From Brevinematia bacterium (GTDB lineage Bacteria > Spirochaetota > Brevinematia > Brevinematales > JAOACQ01): 64,000 bases of DNA. The stretch lies in NCBI GenBank assembly GCA_049968515.1, contig JBMFQR010000003.1, positions 6,477 through 70,476 on the forward strand. The letters run 5' to 3'. Shown here piece after piece: positions 18,008 through 30,077 of the stretch. Under the pieces are notes generated by a model. It was not told the DNA's origin, ran no database searches, and worked only from the letters and a program-made list of their open reading frames with translations. Positions within the stretch are counted from its first letter, which is position 1; the number at the start of each line of letters is the position of its first letter. Both the position numbers and the translations under genes were made by a program.

Positions 18008-19387
18008 CTACAATCTTTTCTTCAATTTTTCCCCGAGGAGGTAAAGTACTGTGATTATGTCCGGGCTTTTATTACTCCCACAAAGTTTTAGCCTTAAAAG
18101 TCTGACAAGATCGCCAAACTTAACACCATACTTCTCCGCAATTTCTCTGAGAGCTTTTTCAAGTACATTTCTTTCTAAGAGTTCAACATTTTCAAGCTTC
18201 AAAAGGTATTCTCTTGTTTCATCAAAGGCATCTTTTAATTTAGTTGTGTTGAGCAAGGCGTTAAGTTCATCCTCAAAACTCTTTTCTGTTCTAACCTCGT
18301 CAATTGCAAAGATAAGCATTTCATCATAAAGTGTCTTCAATGTTGAATGTCTCTCTCTAAGATTAAGAATAGCCTTTTTTAGCCATTTTTCATCCTCCAT
18401 CCTGCCACTGAGAATAAGCCCGGCTGAAGAGACAAACTCCTTAAAGTGTTTTATGAGCTTCTCAATTTCGATTTGTTTAATATGTCTTGAATTGTAAAAT
18501 AAGATCTTTTCTTCATCATATATTGCATTTGAACTATTAAGTCCCTTTATGTCAAATTTTTCAATTAGATCATCAACAGTAAAAATCTCCACATCCTTAT
18601 ATCCCCAGCCAAGCCTTGCAACAGCGTTAATTAGTGCCTCTGGGATAATTCCAGTCCTTTTGTAATACTCTACATCTGTAGAGCCCAACCTCTTTGAGAG
18701 AGGCTTTCTGTCTTTTCCAAAAACCAGCGGTAAATGTGCAAACTCAGGTGGCTTAAATCCAAGAGCCCCATAAACAATGAGTTGCTTGAAGGTATTCGTA
18801 ATGTGATCCTCACCCCTGATTATGTGAGTAATGCCCATCTCTGCATCATCCACCACAACAGCAAAATTGTATGTAGGTGTAAGATCCTGCTTTATGATGA
18901 CGAAATCATCGAGTTCATCAGTGTTGATTTTGAGCTCTTTCTTTACTTGATCAAAGAAATTTATCTCCCTCCCTCTTTCTACAAGAAGCCTTATAACGTA
19001 TGGTCTATCCGGCTTTTCAAATCTACCCCTGCAGAAGCCATCATAGGAAAACACTTCATCTGTCCCCTGCCTTTTTAAAATATCTTCTCTCTCACAGGTG
19101 CAATAATAAGCTTTTCTTTCTTTCACAAGCTTTTCTGCATATTGCAGGTAAATATCAAATCTTTCACTCTGTTTGTAAAATTCATCGTAATCAAGCCCGA
19201 GCCACTTCAAGTCCTCAATTATTGAAGCTAAGTATTCTTCTTTTGAACGGGCAGTATCTGTATCTTCAATTCTTAAAACAAACTTTCCACCTGTGTGTTT
19301 TGCATAAAGCCAGTTGTAAAGAGCTGTTCTCAGACTACCAAGATGAAGTCTACCAGTAGGAGATGGAGCAAATCTAACCTTTACCAT
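18008..19387 (-). CDS. gltX: Glutamyl-tRNA synthetase
   Basis: 459 aa. RFAPSPTGRLHLGS (HIGH-type motif) and PLSKRLGS (KMSKS-type motif). Confidence 0.9.
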   Translation of the reverse strand: MVKVRFAPSPTGRLHLGSLRTALYNWLYAKHTGGKFVLRIEDTDTARSKEEYLASIIEDLKWLGLDYDEFYKQSERFDIYLQYAEKLVKERKAYYCTCEREDILKRQGTDEVFSYDGFCRGRFEKPDRPYVIRLLVERGREINFFDQVKKELKINTDELDDFVIIKQDLTPTYNFAVVVDDAEMGITHIIRGEDHITNTFKQLIVYGALGFKPPEFAHLPLVFGKDRKPLSKRLGSTDVEYYKRTGIIPEALINAVARLGWGYKDVEIFTVDDLIEKFDIKGLNSSNAIYDEEKILFYNSRHIKQIEIEKLIKHFKEFVSSAGLILSGRMEDEKWLKKAILNLRERHSTLKTLYDEMLIFAIDEVRTEKSFEDELNALLNTTKLKDAFDETREYLLKLENVELLERNVLEKALREIAEKYGVKFGDLVRLLRLKLCGSNKSPDIITVLYLLGEKLKKRL

Positions 19388-19538
19388 AAAAAATCCTTTA
19401 AAATTTCCACTATTATAAAGAATATTCTGATTATTTTCAAGAGAAATCTTGCTTTGTGGTAATGCAGAAAAAATAGATTTTTCAATAGAAAAAATATATA
19501 ATCTTTAAAATAAAAATATACATTTCGGATAAATTCTA

Positions 19539-22500
19539 ATGTTAAAGGTCACCCTCTCTAATAATATTGGCGAATTGTTAAACCTGCTTTATGAAAAAAT
19601 AAAGGAGAAAAGAAAGAGCTTTTTTGATTACTTTGATATTCTTGTCTCAAGTGTCAACTACAAAAGGACAATAGAAGAACATTTTTTAAAAAAAGAAAAT
19701 GTTTGTATGAACCTTAAATTCTCCTTCCTTGAATATTTTCTGGCAGAAACCTTTATCAAGATGCTCGGGCTTGATGAAAATAAGGTTGTAATTCTAACAC
19801 TTGAAAGAAATAAGGTAATTTTGAACTCCCTCATTTTTTCTATTTTGACTGATGAAGATTTCGAGAGAAAATACAAAGAAATTTTTAGAATGCTTTTGAG
19901 GGATAATTTCAGCGAAAATTATAAAACAAACTTCCTGTGGAATCTCTCTGAAAAGCTTACTGATCTGTTTAGAGAATATGAATACCACAGATATAACGAA
20001 ATAATAAAGAACTGGAAAAACTCATCTTTTGCATATGGACTGAACCCCCAGAAGATTGAATTATTTCAAAAAGAAATATTCTCTAAGATATTCTTTAGTG
20101 GTAAAATGCTCAATTCAGATGAAAAAAAATACTTTTCCCTTACCGGCCTATTTGAGGAGTTTATTAATAATAAGTCAAATCTTTCTTTTGATGAATTAAA
20201 AAAGAAAAAGACAATCTATCTTTTCGGTTTTAGTCAGATTTCAAAAATCCATCTCGAAATGCTTTTGAGTCTTGAAAATTACTTTGATTTTAAAATTTTT
20301 ATGCCGGCCTATGCTGGAACTATTTTAGAGAAGAACAATTTATTTGACAGCTTTCCCTATCAACTCAGCATAGAAAACGAAGGCGAGAAGCTTTTACCTA
20401 TCGACCGCGAGTTTGATATTATAGATGACTTACTCTCACCTGTAACAGGTACATTATACCTGATAAGATCACTTCTCAAACCAGAGAATGTTTCAATAAG
20501 CTGGAGCAAAAATGAAGCTAATTCTCTTTTATCAGGTGTAAAAAGGCTTTTTATGGAAAGAAGAAAGAGCAAATTCAGTCTGGATGACAGCATTATTATC
20601 TTTTCAGCCTCTTCAAGAATGCAGGAAATTGAAGCTATATACAACAGCATTCTTTACAATATTCAAAATGATAAAAATCTCAAGTTTGATGACATTCTTA
20701 TTTTAGTTCCTGATATGAAAGAATATAGAAATATCATAAAAGATGTTTTTGGAAGAAATCCATTTCTCTTACATCCGAACATAAAGAAAGAGAAAAGTAT
20801 CCCATTTCATATTTATGAGAAAAACGCCTTTAAAGAAAGCCTTTTTAATTCATTACTCTCCAGTTTTTTTAATATAATTGAAAATAACCTATCGAAGTTT
20901 GATCTCTTGAGTTTTTTAGAAAACCCCCTCCTCATAAAAAAATTCAATATCGAAACAGATGATCTGATTTTCTTAAGAAAGTGGATAGAAAGTCTGAATG
21001 CTTTTGATGAAGATAACAAATTCAAATTCTCCACATTTTCTAACCTGTTAAAAAGATTAAAGCTTGGATTTATTATGGAAAGTAATAACCTTAGCTACAA
21101 TGGAATATTGCCATATGCCGATAAATTTACCGATATAAAAAGGCTTGATGCCTTCGTGCAAATAATAGAAAAGCTACTCTTCTATAGAAAAGAAGCCAGT
21201 GGAGAAAAAAGACTTACAGAATGGATTGAAATCATAAAGAAATTTATTAATGACTTTGTCCCTGCTAAATTTGATGATGAGATTTCTGAAGAAAATCAGA
21301 TTATTCACAACTTTATGAGAAATCTCAAGCTTCTTGAGGAAATAGAAAATCTACTTAAAGATAAGGTATATTCATTTGATAAGGCAAAGCTGCACTTTCT
21401 TAATATTATGACTGAAATCCTTGAAAGAAACGTATCAAGCCTTTTCAATGGAGTAACAGTGTCAAACTTTCTGCCAATGAGATCAATCCCTTTTAAGATA
21501 ATTTACATCACTGGAATGAACGAAGGCGAATTTCCTTCAGAACCTGACAGAAGTTCATTAAACCTGAGAAACTTAAAAAGCTTTTATAATGATATAGACA
21601 GAAGGCATATGGATAACTTTCTATTTCTGGAAGCAATATTTGCTGCAGAAAAAAAGGTTTACATTTCATATACCGGCATGAACCTTGAGGAAGATACAGA
21701 ATTATATCCATCAAGTACATTATTAGCCTTTATCAATGTGATTAGCGAATTTCTTCTTGAGGAAGAATTAAAGATTTTAAAGCTCCCGAAAAGCTCTCTT
21801 AGCGAAGAATATATTAAATTTGATGAAAAAGCAGATGTCCTTACAAATATATTTTACACTCCACACAGAATGATTTCATACCTGAAAAGCGGAATGAAGC
21901 TTCACGGTGAAGATAAAAAGCCTGTCAGACATTTAGAACAAAAAGAAACCTCTGGAAAAATTAAAATAAAGAGTCTTGCAAGCTTCGTAATCAACCCAAT
22001 TGAAGAAACAATAAGAAGGAAGGATGGAATTTACAATAATATGGATATAGAGCTTGAAACAAAGGAAACGAGAGCACTTGAATTGGATTCAAGGTGCAGG
22101 GCAAAAATCTTTAACACAGCAATTCCTTTGTTTATCAAAAATTATCTTTTAGGTCAAAAGAGAATATTCAGGGAGATATATGAGGAAGTTTATAAGTTTT
22201 ATTATTACAACGGCGATATTCCGGATGTCGAAATACTCAATAAGATTGAAAAGGAGAGAATTACCTGTGAGACAATTGAAAAAAACTTGACAGAAGTTTT
22301 GACAAACATTAATGAGGATCAATTTTACGAGGCTATTTATATAGGTTATACCTCAAAGGAAATGGAGAACAAAAAATATTATGAAATAGATATTCCTGTG
22401 GAGGGAGTTATTGAAAATATTATTTTGAAAGAAGATACATTGCTATACCTTAGAGGAAAAAATAAAATCGATAAGACTAAAATTAAATTTGATTTTCATT

Positions 22501-22877
22501 ACATATTCTATAAGCTTTTTGCTTCTTTTTTAGCTCTATGTGATAAAAATATAGACAAAGGAAAAATTATATTTTTAGATCTTGAAGGAAAAAAGGAGGA
22601 ACAGAACATAACCTTGCTTGATAGAGATACAATTAATGAGCTTATTTCATACTATACAGAGGAAGAAAATTTTGATCTTCTTCCTCTCTCAATAATAAAT
22701 AAAACTGAAGATGGAAACGAAATTATTGAAATGGTAGAAGAGCAACTAAAAGAAGAACATAGCTTTTTTGACCTCTGTCCACCTTTAAAAACAAGAAGAG
22801 ACTTAAATAAATTTCTGCCTGAAAATGAAAGACTCACAAAAAGAATTAACTTGTTAAGAAAAATTATTTCCGCTTAA
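19539..22877 (+). CDS. recC: Exodeoxyribonuclease V gamma subunit (RecC)
   Basis: 1112 aa. The N-terminus MLKVTLSNNIGELL resembles the RecC N-terminus. PMRSIPFKIIYITGMNEGEFPS closely matches the conserved RecC block PMRSIPFKVVCLLGMNDG.YP. No Walker A motif. Confidence 0.8.
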   Translation: MLKVTLSNNIGELLNLLYEKIKEKRKSFFDYFDILVSSVNYKRTIEEHFLKKENVCMNLKFSFLEYFLAETFIKMLGLDENKVVILTLERNKVILNSLIFSILTDEDFERKYKEIFRMLLRDNFSENYKTNFLWNLSEKLTDLFREYEYHRYNEIIKNWKNSSFAYGLNPQKIELFQKEIFSKIFFSGKMLNSDEKKYFSLTGLFEEFINNKSNLSFDELKKKKTIYLFGFSQISKIHLEMLLSLENYFDFKIFMPAYAGTILEKNNLFDSFPYQLSIENEGEKLLPIDREFDIIDDLLSPVTGTLYLIRSLLKPENVSISWSKNEANSLLSGVKRLFMERRKSKFSLDDSIIIFSASSRMQEIEAIYNSILYNIQNDKNLKFDDILILVPDMKEYRNIIKDVFGRNPFLLHPNIKKEKSIPFHIYEKNAFKESLFNSLLSSFFNIIENNLSKFDLLSFLENPLLIKKFNIETDDLIFLRKWIESLNAFDEDNKFKFSTFSNLLKRLKLGFIMESNNLSYNGILPYADKFTDIKRLDAFVQIIEKLLFYRKEASGEKRLTEWIEIIKKFINDFVPAKFDDEISEENQIIHNFMRNLKLLEEIENLLKDKVYSFDKAKLHFLNIMTEILERNVSSLFNGVTVSNFLPMRSIPFKIIYITGMNEGEFPSEPDRSSLNLRNLKSFYNDIDRRHMDNFLFLEAIFAAEKKVYISYTGMNLEEDTELYPSSTLLAFINVISEFLLEEELKILKLPKSSLSEEYIKFDEKADVLTNIFYTPHRMISYLKSGMKLHGEDKKPVRHLEQKETSGKIKIKSLASFVINPIEETIRRKDGIYNNMDIELETKETRALELDSRCRAKIFNTAIPLFIKNYLLGQKRIFREIYEEVYKFYYYNGDIPDVEILNKIEKERITCETIEKNLTEVLTNINEDQFYEAIYIGYTSKEMENKKYYEIDIPVEGVIENIILKEDTLLYLRGKNKIDKTKIKFDFHYIFYKLFASFLALCDKNIDKGKIIFLDLEGKKEEQNITLLDRDTINELISYYTEEENFDLLPLSIINKTEDGNEIIEMVEEQLKEEHSFFDLCPPLKTRRDLNKFLPENERLTKRINLLRKIISA

Positions 22878-24203
22878 TTTTTCTTTTAGCTTTCTCAATC
22901 TGATATTATAGCTTATTTCTGGAATAAAGAATAAAATTATAATCAGCAAATAGAAGCCAGTGAGTTGAAATACTCCAAACTTATTTACTTCTACATTCAG
23001 CGGAAGAAATGAAAAAATTTCAACAATCTTATTGATTAAGTCAAAAACATGCTCTGTAATATTGCTAAAAACAAATCTACAAAATAATGGGCTTAAAAAG
23101 AAAATAATGAAGTTCAAGAATAAAATCACAAGAAATATAGAAAATAACGGTATCACTATAAGGTTAGAAATAAAGCTTACAAGACTCACACTTTTAAAAA
23201 CATAAAGCAACAGTGGAAATATTGCAATGTTTGCAGATAGAGTTATCGAAAAGGATTCACTAAATATCTCTGAAAGATTTGAAAAGAAGGTTTTTAGTGG
23301 TCTTGAAAAGAAGTAGATTCCGGCAAAAGAAAGATAGGAAAGCCAGAAGCTTAGCTTAAAAACTATTTCAGGAGAAATAATTACTGAAATGGCTGATGTA
23401 AAAAGTAGAATGTCAAGCATTTCTACATTCTGACCTTTCATCTTAAAGTAAAAGTAAATCAAAAAGATTATCCCGGCTCTCATTACCGAAGGATTAAGAC
23501 CTGAAAGTGCAATATAAAGCAGTATTGAGATTGCTATAATCGGATAGCAAAAGTGCCTTTTTAAAAATAACCCAGCCACAAAACCTACAAACATTGCAAT
23601 AATCCCGACATGAAGCCCTGAAACAGCAAGCAGGTGAAAAAGCCCAGTAAACCTGAAATTTTCCTTTGTTTCAAAATCAAGTTGAGATTTATTCCCCATT
23701 ATGAAGGCATAAATGAGGCTTTTAAATCTTTTATTCTCTATCTTTTCAATCTGGCCTGTAAAATACTCTCTAACCATGCTAAAAATCTTTAATAATATAA
23801 AACCATTCCTCTTTACCTTTATCTCTTTTACGAGTATAAGATTCTTGTTTCTCACAAACCCAGCCACACTTATTTGCTGAGATCTGTATAGATAAACCGG
23901 GCTTTCGAGTATCAACTTGAACGGATATGCCTCTACATAGTATGAAGAATCATCTTTTTTTTCCAGAAAACCTGTGACAATAAAATCGGCATGGATAAAA
24001 CCTGAATTTACAGAATTAATATTATTCCTACAATTAAAAAACGTAGCAAAAAAGGAAGTTAAAAGTAAGAAAAGATAGATATATTCCCTTTTTATAAGAA
24101 AAAAAGCAAGAAAGCAAATTAAAAGAGCTATTGCTATCCATAAAAACGAAGAATAAACAAGGAAGGAATTAACAAGAATTAATAAATAAAGCACCACCGG
24201 CAT
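22854..24203 (-). CDS. comEC: ComEC/Rec2-family DNA internalisation channel protein, short form without a metallo-beta-lactamase domain
   Basis: FRFTGLFHLLAVSGLHVGII is the ComEC competence-domain signature, and the protein is multi-TM. ATG at 24203 lies 1 nt after the upstream stop; the ORF-track start at 24278 overlaps the flippase gene. Confidence 0.8.
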   Translation of the reverse strand: MPVVLYLLILVNSFLVYSSFLWIAIALLICFLAFFLIKREYIYLFLLLTSFFATFFNCRNNINSVNSGFIHADFIVTGFLEKKDDSSYYVEAYPFKLILESPVYLYRSQQISVAGFVRNKNLILVKEIKVKRNGFILLKIFSMVREYFTGQIEKIENKRFKSLIYAFIMGNKSQLDFETKENFRFTGLFHLLAVSGLHVGIIAMFVGFVAGLFLKRHFCYPIIAISILLYIALSGLNPSVMRAGIIFLIYFYFKMKGQNVEMLDILLFTSAISVIISPEIVFKLSFWLSYLSFAGIYFFSRPLKTFFSNLSEIFSESFSITLSANIAIFPLLLYVFKSVSLVSFISNLIVIPLFSIFLVILFLNFIIFFLSPLFCRFVFSNITEHVFDLINKIVEIFSFLPLNVEVNKFGVFQLTGFYLLIIILFFIPEISYNIRLRKLKEKLSGNNFS

Positions 24204-24204
24204 T

Positions 24205-25473
24205 TTAATTATTCCATTTTTTTCTACTTGCCAGAAAGTGACTAATTCTTGCTTCAAAGAGTAAAACAACAAGCACAAATATTCCGGTTAAACCCACCAC
24301 ATTTGCTACATCCACCAGATTTTTGCAGAAAAAAACAATCAGAATAATCTGTATAATTATGGCAAGGAAAATAGAAATGTCATAAATCCTTTTATTCTTT
24401 ATTACATAATAATTAACAAAGTAAGTGATATAAGCATAAGGAATAAAAATGGTTGAATAATAAGGTAAGAGATTTTCAAAACCATAATACTGGCCTTTCA
24501 AAATGTAAGCAGAAATAAATGGTGAAAACAAAAAGAGGACAAGCACAAAACCTGCAAGAAAGATAGAAAGAAAAAGGACGGCAAGCCTATTTGCCCTTTT
24601 TAAATCGTCCGTCTTTGAGAGGATGGGCAGGAAAACAGTGGAGACAGATAAGGCAATGTAAAATGGGGCTTTTCCAATAACACTCACTGAAGAGTAAATG
24701 CCTGAAAGCTCGGGAAGTGAAAATCTTACAATTATTGAATCAATGTTTGAGAGAATTATAAACCCGCTTATAGCTGGAAAAGTTTTAAGAAAGGAGATGA
24801 AAAATTTCCTTACATCAAATTTGTAATCAATATCTTTCCTGATGGGTTTTTTATTTGACCTGCTGAATTCCAGAAGGAGAATAATGATAGTAAAAACATT
24901 GGCAATAATAAAACTTGCCAGCACACCAATATAGTCTTTCGTATAATAAACAATCAGAATACCAGATAGGAGTTTTATCAAGGTTGGAACTATCTGGAGA
25001 ATAGAATAAAAGAAAAATTTCTCCCTTGCCTGAACAAAAGAAACAAATGTATTTATAAAAAAGGGGAATGTTGTCATTATAATAAGATAATAAAAATCCA
25101 TATCAGTAGTTATATGCATTAACCTTTTTAACAATGGTAGAGAAACAAAAAATATAAAAATCAAAGCTAAAGCAGAAAGAGAAAGATAAAAGAAACAGCT
25201 TTTTATATACCCATAAACCAGTTGCTTCTCTTTTCCATGCAAGATTAAAGAAGCCTCTCTGGTAATAACAAACTGAAATGTGCTTGGAATAAGGCTTATA
25301 AACATTGACAGGATAATTAATGGATAAACTATGCCATACTTTTCAGGACCGAGCATTCTCTGCATTGCTATGTGAAAGATAAAATTTATACCACCAACAA
25401 AGAAATTGGAAAAAGAAACGAGCGAGGAGTCAAAAAACTCCCTTCTTAAAAAGATTTTCTTCAAAAAATCCAT
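24205..25473 (-). CDS. Wzx/MurJ-like oligosaccharide flippase family membrane protein
   Basis: 422 aa, about 12 TM. The N-terminal pattern (..NFIFHIAMQRMLGPEKYG..) is typical of polysaccharide-biosynthesis flippases. Start overlaps the uvrD stop by 1 nt. Confidence 0.65.
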   Translation of the reverse strand: MDFLKKIFLRREFFDSSLVSFSNFFVGGINFIFHIAMQRMLGPEKYGIVYPLIILSMFISLIPSTFQFVITREASLILHGKEKQLVYGYIKSCFFYLSLSALALIFIFFVSLPLLKRLMHITTDMDFYYLIIMTTFPFFINTFVSFVQAREKFFFYSILQIVPTLIKLLSGILIVYYTKDYIGVLASFIIANVFTIIILLLEFSRSNKKPIRKDIDYKFDVRKFFISFLKTFPAISGFIILSNIDSIIVRFSLPELSGIYSSVSVIGKAPFYIALSVSTVFLPILSKTDDLKRANRLAVLFLSIFLAGFVLVLFLFSPFISAYILKGQYYGFENLLPYYSTIFIPYAYITYFVNYYVIKNKRIYDISIFLAIIIQIILIVFFCKNLVDVANVVGLTGIFVLVVLLFEARISHFLASRKKWNN

Positions 25474-27617
25474 CAGTTTAAAATCCTTATATTTGAAAGA
25501 TTGTTTTTTGAGATTATCTGAATTCCAAAATCCTCAAAGTTAATTTTATAAAAATTTTCAGAAACAGAGGTAACAATACCAAACCCAAAGCTTGTGTGAA
25601 ATATCTTCATACCGCTTGAGATTTCATCAATGCTTTCTGCCTCTTTCAATTCATTAAAGTTTTTCCTTGTGGGATTCTTTGCCATAGATCTCTTTTCACA
25701 AACATACTCTACACAATCCTCTGGAATGTCATCTATAAAACTTGATGGGGAACATTCTATAATTTCTCCATAACTCATTCTGTTTCTTGCATATGAAATA
25801 AACAATCTTTCCTTTGCCCTTGTTATGGCAACATAAAATAGCCTTCTCTCCTCATTCATTTCTTCTACAGATTCACTTGAAGATATGTGTGGTAATAGCC
25901 CTTCCACCACACCCACCACAAAAACTACTGGAAATTCAAGTCCTTTCGCATTGTGTATTGTCATAAGAGAAACATAATTCCTCTCACTCTCATCTCCAAT
26001 CTCATCAGCACTTGTCTGGAGAGTTATATCATTTATATAATCCACAATGGTAGCATCCGGTTTCCCGCTCTCATAAACCTTTATAGAATTGATAAGTTCC
26101 TCAACATTTTCCCACCTCTCTTCTCCATTTTCTTCATATTTGAGAAGATAGTCCCTGTAATTAATGGAATCAATGAGAATCTTCACAAAATTGGCAGGTG
26201 AAATTTCCTCTTTGCTTTTGTTTAAATCCTTTGCTATCTCACCAAGCTCTATTAAAGAACTGGTACAGCTTTTATTTACCCTATCGAGATTTTCTGCATT
26301 GCAGATTATCTCAATGATTGGAAACCCCTGATCATAAAGCATTCTTATCTTATTAATAGTAGCTTCCCCTACTCCTCTTTTCGGAACATCAACAATCCTT
26401 TCAAATGAAGCCCAATCATCTGGATTAATTATGAATTTTATGTAAGCAAGTATATCTTTAATCTCCTTTCTTGCATAAAACCTCTGTCCACCAAAAACTT
26501 TATATTTTATATTTCTGAAAAGCAATTCTTCTTCAAAAATTCTTGATTGTGCATTTGTCCTGTAAAATATTGCAATGTCATTATAATCATATTCGCCAAG
26601 TAACTCATCGATTTTATTCACAACCCATCTTGCTTCTTCCTTGTCCGTTAATGCCTCATAAATTTCAATCTTTTCTCCAGATTCTTTCTCTGTCCATAGT
26701 CTCTTTTGCATTCTACCATAGATTTTTACAACCACATTATTTGCAGCTTCAAGAATTATAGGTGTCGATCTGTAATTCTGTTCAAGTGCAATTACCCTTG
26801 CATTGTATCTATCTTTAAAGTCATAAATATTGTTAATATTTGCTCCTCGCCAGCCGTAAATGGATTGATCATCATCTCCCACAACACATATGTTTTTATT
26901 CTTCTCTGCAATTAGACTTAATAGCTTGTACTGGGAAAGATTTGTGTCCTGAAACTCATCTATCATTAAATAATGCCAGAGGTTCTGGTACTTTTTTAAA
27001 ATCTCTGGATTCTCTAAAAAAAGCTTTATAGGCAAAATAATGAGATCTGAAAAATCCACTGCTTTGCTCTTTCTCAATCTTTTTTCATATTCATCATAAA
27101 CCCTTAGAACAATCTCATCAAAGTTGCTTGAAACCATTGTTTGAAATTTATTTACATCTATATTATCATCCTTTAATGAAGATATTTTATTTAATACAAT
27201 AGCAGGTGAAATCTTTTCCTTGCTGTAATTAAACTCCTTCAGGATTGTAGAAATAAGAGATTTTGAATCAAGCTCATCATACACCACAAAATCTTTTGGA
27301 TAAGAAATAAGATGAGAATTCTGTCTTAACAACATCAGACCTGTAGAATGAAAGGTTCGTATCCAGACATTAGAGAGATCATAGCCAACAAGGTTTGAAA
27401 TACGGCTTTTCATTTCAAAGGCAGCTTTATTGGTGAAAGTTACTGCGAGTATATTCAGTGGCTTTAAGCCCTTCTCTCTTAAAAGATAGGCAAATCTGTG
27501 GGTTATTACCCTTGTTTTTCCCGAACCTGCTCCTGCCAGTACAAGCAAAGCCCCCTCTGTATTTAATACAGCCTCTCTTTGCCTGTCATTCAATAAATCT
27601 AAAATTGGATCCTGCAT
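25473..27617 (-). CDS. uvrD: UvrD/PcrA-family ATP-dependent DNA helicase
   Basis: 714 aa. Motifs include Walker A AGAGSGKT, DEFQDTN, VGDDDQSIYGWRGA, QNYRS and TIHNAKGLEF. Confidence 0.9.
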   Translation of the reverse strand: MQDPILDLLNDRQREAVLNTEGALLVLAGAGSGKTRVITHRFAYLLREKGLKPLNILAVTFTNKAAFEMKSRISNLVGYDLSNVWIRTFHSTGLMLLRQNSHLISYPKDFVVYDELDSKSLISTILKEFNYSKEKISPAIVLNKISSLKDDNIDVNKFQTMVSSNFDEIVLRVYDEYEKRLRKSKAVDFSDLIILPIKLFLENPEILKKYQNLWHYLMIDEFQDTNLSQYKLLSLIAEKNKNICVVGDDDQSIYGWRGANINNIYDFKDRYNARVIALEQNYRSTPIILEAANNVVVKIYGRMQKRLWTEKESGEKIEIYEALTDKEEARWVVNKIDELLGEYDYNDIAIFYRTNAQSRIFEEELLFRNIKYKVFGGQRFYARKEIKDILAYIKFIINPDDWASFERIVDVPKRGVGEATINKIRMLYDQGFPIIEIICNAENLDRVNKSCTSSLIELGEIAKDLNKSKEEISPANFVKILIDSINYRDYLLKYEENGEERWENVEELINSIKVYESGKPDATIVDYINDITLQTSADEIGDESERNYVSLMTIHNAKGLEFPVVFVVGVVEGLLPHISSSESVEEMNEERRLFYVAITRAKERLFISYARNRMSYGEIIECSPSSFIDDIPEDCVEYVCEKRSMAKNPTRKNFNELKEAESIDEISSGMKIFHTSFGFGIVTSVSENFYKINFEDFGIQIISKNNLSNIRILN

Positions 27618-27640
27618 AGAGACCTTAAATTTATTTTAGG

Positions 27641-27667
27641 ATAGAGACGCAGAGCATGCGTCTCTAT
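27641..27667 (-). terminator. Perfect 10-bp stem-loop between eno and uvrD (terminator/attenuator candidate)
   Basis: ATAGAGACGC-AGAGCAT-GCGTCTCTAT was read directly. It is the most GC-rich hairpin in the window, with no clean U-tract on either strand. Confidence 0.35.
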
Positions 27668-27676
27668 CTTCTCACA

Positions 27677-28987
<1,311 letters not shown>

Positions 28988-29014
28988 TTACCTCCAGATG
29001 ATTTTTAATCATTT

Positions 29015-29043
29015 ATTTTATATATAGATCATAAAAAAGTCAA
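29015..29043 (-). promoter_or_regulatory. Sigma-70 promoter candidate for eno
   Basis: On the minus strand: TTGACT (29043..29038), a 17-nt spacer, then TAAAAT (29020..29015). A GGAGG RBS precedes the eno ATG. Confidence 0.45.
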
Positions 29044-29242
29044 AATATCAGTTAAAAGTTGAAAGTTAGGAAAAATAGTGAAGCTGGGGATTAAAAGCAA
29101 AGCTTTTTGTTTAACAACAGATTGTTGGTTAGAGCCAATTGGCTGACGGATTGGTACAAATAGTTAACCATTGGATTTAAGGAGCAAAAGCTAAAAGCTT
29201 TTGGTACAATGTTAATGGCAATGAGAGATATAATATTCATTT

Positions 29243-29677
29243 TCACAGGCGAACACAGGAGGTGAAGTTTTGTCCAATTTTGCTTAAGGCATATGTTTCT
29301 ATGGCTGTAACCTCAGCCATTTTTCTTATAAGTTCAGGATCTCTGGTACAACCAAGCCCTATATTGTGTGGAAAAATTACCGTGTCCACTGTCTTGCCAT
29401 TTCCATTCACTGCATCAACACCATAAAGCAAAGGGATTTTAAGCCTTGTAGATAAGGCTATGGATTGGTAACTATCTATCATTTTTGCCCATTCCTCCGG
29501 AGTGTTCGTAGCTGGCTTTGAGTCTCTCCCGCTTAATAAAGCACCAATACAATAATTTTTTATTTCAACAGGGCTTGCAAGATAATCCTTCTCCACCATT
29601 ATCATCTGTCCAATTTTTTCGTCGAGTGTCATCCTTGAAAGAAGTTCTTCAACTCTCCTTTCTACCTCTGGATTCAA
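29243..29677 (-). pseudogene. N-terminal remnant (144 aa) of a glycoside hydrolase family 3 beta-glucosidase
   Basis: LSRMTLDEKIGQM, GVDAVNG and FPHNIGLGCTRDPELI match the GH3 N-terminal domain. Full-length enzymes are several hundred residues longer. The ORF ends with only 258 nt of non-coding DNA before eno. Confidence 0.65.
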
Positions 29678-30069
29678 ATCCTGAGAATAGAGATTGATAA
29701 GAAAGGCAGAAAGAAAAGCAAAAATGTAAAGATTAAGGCAGCCTCTTTGCCAATTATCTTTCTCACATAAGTCAGAGCAAGTATAGCTATACCAAGAACT
29801 GAAAGGAAAGATAAAAACCTCAAGGCAAATGGACTATACCCGAAAAACCTGCTGTATAAAGAAAGCGTAACATAATAAAGTGGTGGATGAGAATCTGTCG
29901 CTGTTATTTTCACTATTTCCGGGAAGGTGTGTTTGATAATCATTGCAGAGTATGATTCATCATACCAGAGTGACTCCTTATTCAGTCCTGAAATGAGATA
30001 TAAACTTCCGCATATCACAATAAAAAGCCAGATTAAAACAAAAACAACTATGGGTCTTTCCCCTTTCAT
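29674..30069 (-). pseudogene. N-terminal remnant (131 aa, about 4 TM) of a GT39/ArnT-like glycosyltransferase
   Basis: WYDESYS and DSHPPLYY are hallmarks of the PMT_2/GT39 N-terminus. Family members are typically about 450-550 aa. Its stop overlaps the TTG start of the GH3 remnant. Confidence 0.6.
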
Positions 30070-30077
30070 TTAATCTC

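Noticed and set aside
19388-19538. T-box leader upstream of gltX
   Set aside because: Only ~150 nt are available, shared with the divergent recC promoter. I saw no specifier-loop/T-box sequence (AGGGUGGNACCGCG-like).
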